Source: Chrysomallon squamiferum | Lineage: Eukaryota; Animalia; Mollusca | Direction: 5' to 3' | Assembly (NCBI GenBank): GCA_012295275.1 | Contig: CM022669.1 | Location: 19,034,001 to 19,098,000 of the forward strand | DNA length: 64,000 bases | In this document: positions 60,801-64,000 of the stretch, piece by piece | Layout of the letters: each line of letters starts with the position of its first letter | How positions within the stretch are numbered: the first letter of the stretch is position 1 | Made by a program: the position numbers and the translations under genes | The notes under the pieces: model-generated | Database searches by the model: none | Told to the model about the DNA's origin: nothing | The model's input: the letters and a program-made list of their open reading frames with translations, nothing else

Positions 60801-63788
60801 TTTAAATTTTTTTGAAGAAAATGATTTCTTTCAGAAACATAAACTTATAATATATATATATATATTATTCATATTGGCTGCAGACAAAAGGAATTGACAA
60901 AATTAACAAAATATTAAAAAATGTTTTCTCAACAAAAGATTATTTGTCTTATCTAGGCCCCAGTTGTATTAATTTAGAAAATCAATGTTGGTATATTTTT
61001 TTTTATGATCTTTAATCATATTAGTAATTAGTTCCAGATGCATTTGACATCAATCAAATTTTTTCAGATGACTATACCATAGTGAAACAGCTCATTTATT
61101 TAGTTATTTAATAATGTAATACCAGATGGTACAAAACATAAATGCATGTAAGTTATAGATAATATTGTCAGCTGCCAGTTACGAGTCCCAAAAAGGGTTG
61201 TCACGTTGCTCATATTTATATTTCAGTATATTCCAAAATTAATGAACAGTGAATAATTTTTTACAAGCCTTAAATAAAAAAATTATTAAACAGAGCTTGA
61301 ATGTTAAGCAGTATAATTAAGTACACTTAAGTATAACTGTGATGTCGTAAAAGGAAGCTGAATGGAATTTTGTTCACATAAGTGTATGCTAGGGAAATTA
61401 TAATCTAATGTATTTTGGTTTTAGAGTGTGATAGCAGTTTTCAAATTTAAATAAATAAATAAATAAAATATACATATATATTTTTTTAAAGTTCTTGTTT
61501 TTCATTTAATATTATTTTCTTTTTATCATTTCAAATTAATTTATTTTATATTTCATTTTTTTTATTATTTTGTGCATTTATTATAATTTTTAAAAAATCA
61601 ACAATTAAAATATGCATGTTTCTTTTTTTTTAAAGTTCTTGTTTTTCATTTTATCTTTTCAAATTAATTTATTTTAGATCTAATTTTTAAAATTATTTTA
61701 TGCAGTTATTACAGTTAATAATAAATAAACCCCAAAACAATTACAATAATAAAAAAAATATATATAGATATATAAAAAAATAAATAAATAAAAATATTCA
61801 TATTACAATTAATTTCAGCTTCGTCTATAAACAGAGTTCGACATCTGTTGTTGCCTGTTGTTGAAGACCACCGGGCAGTCACAGCTTCATCAGTTATTCT
61901 CTTTAGACATGCCGGAACACAGGCCAGTGGTGGAAGTGAGGGTGGAGACAAGCCCCCTACCCAGAGATCACCCAGGGGAGACAAAGGAGGGGATGGTGAC
62001 AAGAAAGGATCTGGTCATCTACGATGTCCAAAATGTGGAGATCCTTGTACCCATGTGGAAACATTTGTTTGTAAGTTGAGCTGAATATTAAAATACATCA
62101 CTGGTTCTTAATCCTTCTTTTTCACTGCCCCATTTCAAGTAATGTTTAAGGTTTTGGCTACCAAGGTAAATTTTCTCTATGTTATATATATATATATAGT
62201 ATGACAGTTATGATGAATTATGATTTGTAGTTATAAGCATTTTTACATTATAAACACACAGCTATTATGATGGCTGTCTGTTCTTATAGTGTCACTAGGG
62301 GGCACTACTGTCCAGGCTGAGTTACCACTGTTGTAGATAGTGAAAAGGATATGTGCTGTAGTTTAATTTATGTTAAAAGTTTTTAGTGATAAACAATGTC
62401 AGTGTGCTTATTTATAAACATTTAAATTAAAATGTTTACTCAAATCTATTTCAGCATCAACTCGGTTTGTGAAATGTGAAAAGTGCCACCATTTCTTTGT
62501 TGTCTTGTCAGAAACAGACTCTAAGAAAAGCTTTAAGGAAAATCGTGACGAGAGAACAGGGCAGAAAAAGAAACCACCCCCTCCACCAAGGAAGGTAAAT
62601 TAGCCCTGATAATAACGTGTGTTTATATTTATTTATTTATGTATTTATTTGCTTATCTATTTTTGTGATGACATTTAAGCAGGGAAAGGGTTATGAATAG
62701 ACTGTTGTTTGAATGTGTTGCTATGTTAATAGTAAAATGAAATGTCTTGGCTGTATGACTCTCACATTTAGTGCATGCCTCAGATTCCAGCCATTGTTTG
62801 TGTTATCACTTGTTTTGATCAAAAACAAATAAACAAAAACAATATTGTAAACACCTTTGCACTGTTTGTAAGTGTACTTAAACTTTCACATTCTTGTAAT
62901 GACTCATGAGAAAATAAAAATGTTTCTTTTTATTTATTTATTGTGTTTTGTTAATGATGAGCAGCCAGAGACAATAAAATTTTTATTTAAAACTTTTTAT
63001 TTATTTATCGAGGGGTTACAGCCAGAAGGTCTTAAGTGCATATATATATATATATATATATATATGTTACTTATTTATTTAATTCATTCATTCATTATTT
63101 TATTTATTCAGTCTATTGTCCATCTAAAATTTATTTCCCTCAGACGGTTATGTTTTGCTATACCTTTATTTCAGATATATGAATATCTAGAAAAGTATGT
63201 AGTTGGACAGGACTATGCTAAGAAAGTTCTATCAGTAGCTGTTTACAACCACTACAAACGTATTTATCACAATCTGCCAACAAACTCGTCCAGTAAAACA
63301 AACCAAGAAGTGATTACCCCAGATCCAATTCGACAGTATCCTAATACATTCTCTCCTAGAGGTAAGTTTACAACTGAAGAACCCCCCTAAGATGAATTAT
63401 CTACTAGTGTTCTAACACATTCTTTCCTAAAGATGAACTAATTCATTATACAAATACATTCTATAATATACATTAGTCTAATTTCCATGTTTCAGCTGTG
63501 GAAGTATATTCCTGTAATAATAATACAGATATAGATGTATGTGCATGTATGTATGTATGTATGTATGTACGTATGTATGTATGTATATAATTAATAATAC
63601 ATTTGTCACAGATATGCTACAGATAGCTGTCAGCGGTCCTGGCAGTCCTCTCGGTCCTAGTCTCCAACAACAGCAACAGCAGCCACAGCCTGAAGACCTC
63701 ACACGGCGTTCTGACATCCTCGAGTCGACGAGTCACGAATTGAGACTTGAGAAAAGTAACATTCTAATGTTGGGACCCACTGGATCAG
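57873..63788 (+). CDS. CLPX: Mitochondrial ATP-dependent Clp protease ATP-binding subunit ClpX, 3'-truncated by the window edge
   Basis: Exons 57873-57933 (Arg/Ser-rich presequence), 61819-62070, 62455-62594, 63175-63361 and 63612-63788. Zinc-binding domain [30 protein letters not shown]; [34 protein letters not shown]; [15 protein letters not shown] (Walker A). Confidence 0.96.
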
Positions 63789-64000
63789 GTGAGTCAGTGC
63801 ACTGGTTATAAGTTCTTTAACTAGTAGTGTTTGTTATAGTTTATTTTATTTTATTTTATTTATTTTTTTATTCTATTTGTCTTTTATTTAATTGTTTTGT
63901 TTTTATTTTTATTTTTTATTTTATATTATTTTTTTCTTTTTTTTTTTTCTTCTTATTATTTTTTTTAATTTAATTTAATTGAATATATTTTTTTTTTTTT

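Overview
AT-rich, microsatellite-rich, intron-containing animal DNA. It is probably molluscan, an inference from gene content and repeat style. Most ORF-track entries are exon fragments or microsatellite noise, so I rebuilt the genes from GT-AG junctions and reading frame. In order: the 3' part of an alpha-arrestin (ARRDC) gene (+), a rearranged accessory block (about 7.5-27 kb), then a housekeeping cluster of nucleoplasmin-like FKBP (+), RIOK2 (+), C18orf32/UPF0729 (-), LYSMD3/4 (-), POLR3G/GL (-) and the 5' part of CLPX (+). The accessory block is the most interesting part. It holds a roughly 12-kb palindrome carrying two convergent 5-exon genes for secreted serine beta-lactamase-fold proteins. 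Both keep the SxxK, YxN and HTG motifs but differ at residues next to them. The palindrome sits among remains of a dead ARRDC paralog: an orphan first exon with a mutated donor upstream, and an inverted exon fragment in the spacer. A 20-bp hairpin with AATAAA on both strands also lies in the spacer. Other points: an orphan 202-aa ORF, a frameshift in the last RIOK2 exon, duplicated decoy splice donors in POLR3G, several MITEs, a Tigger relic, and apparent deep linkage conservation with human 5q14.3-q15 and its paralogons.
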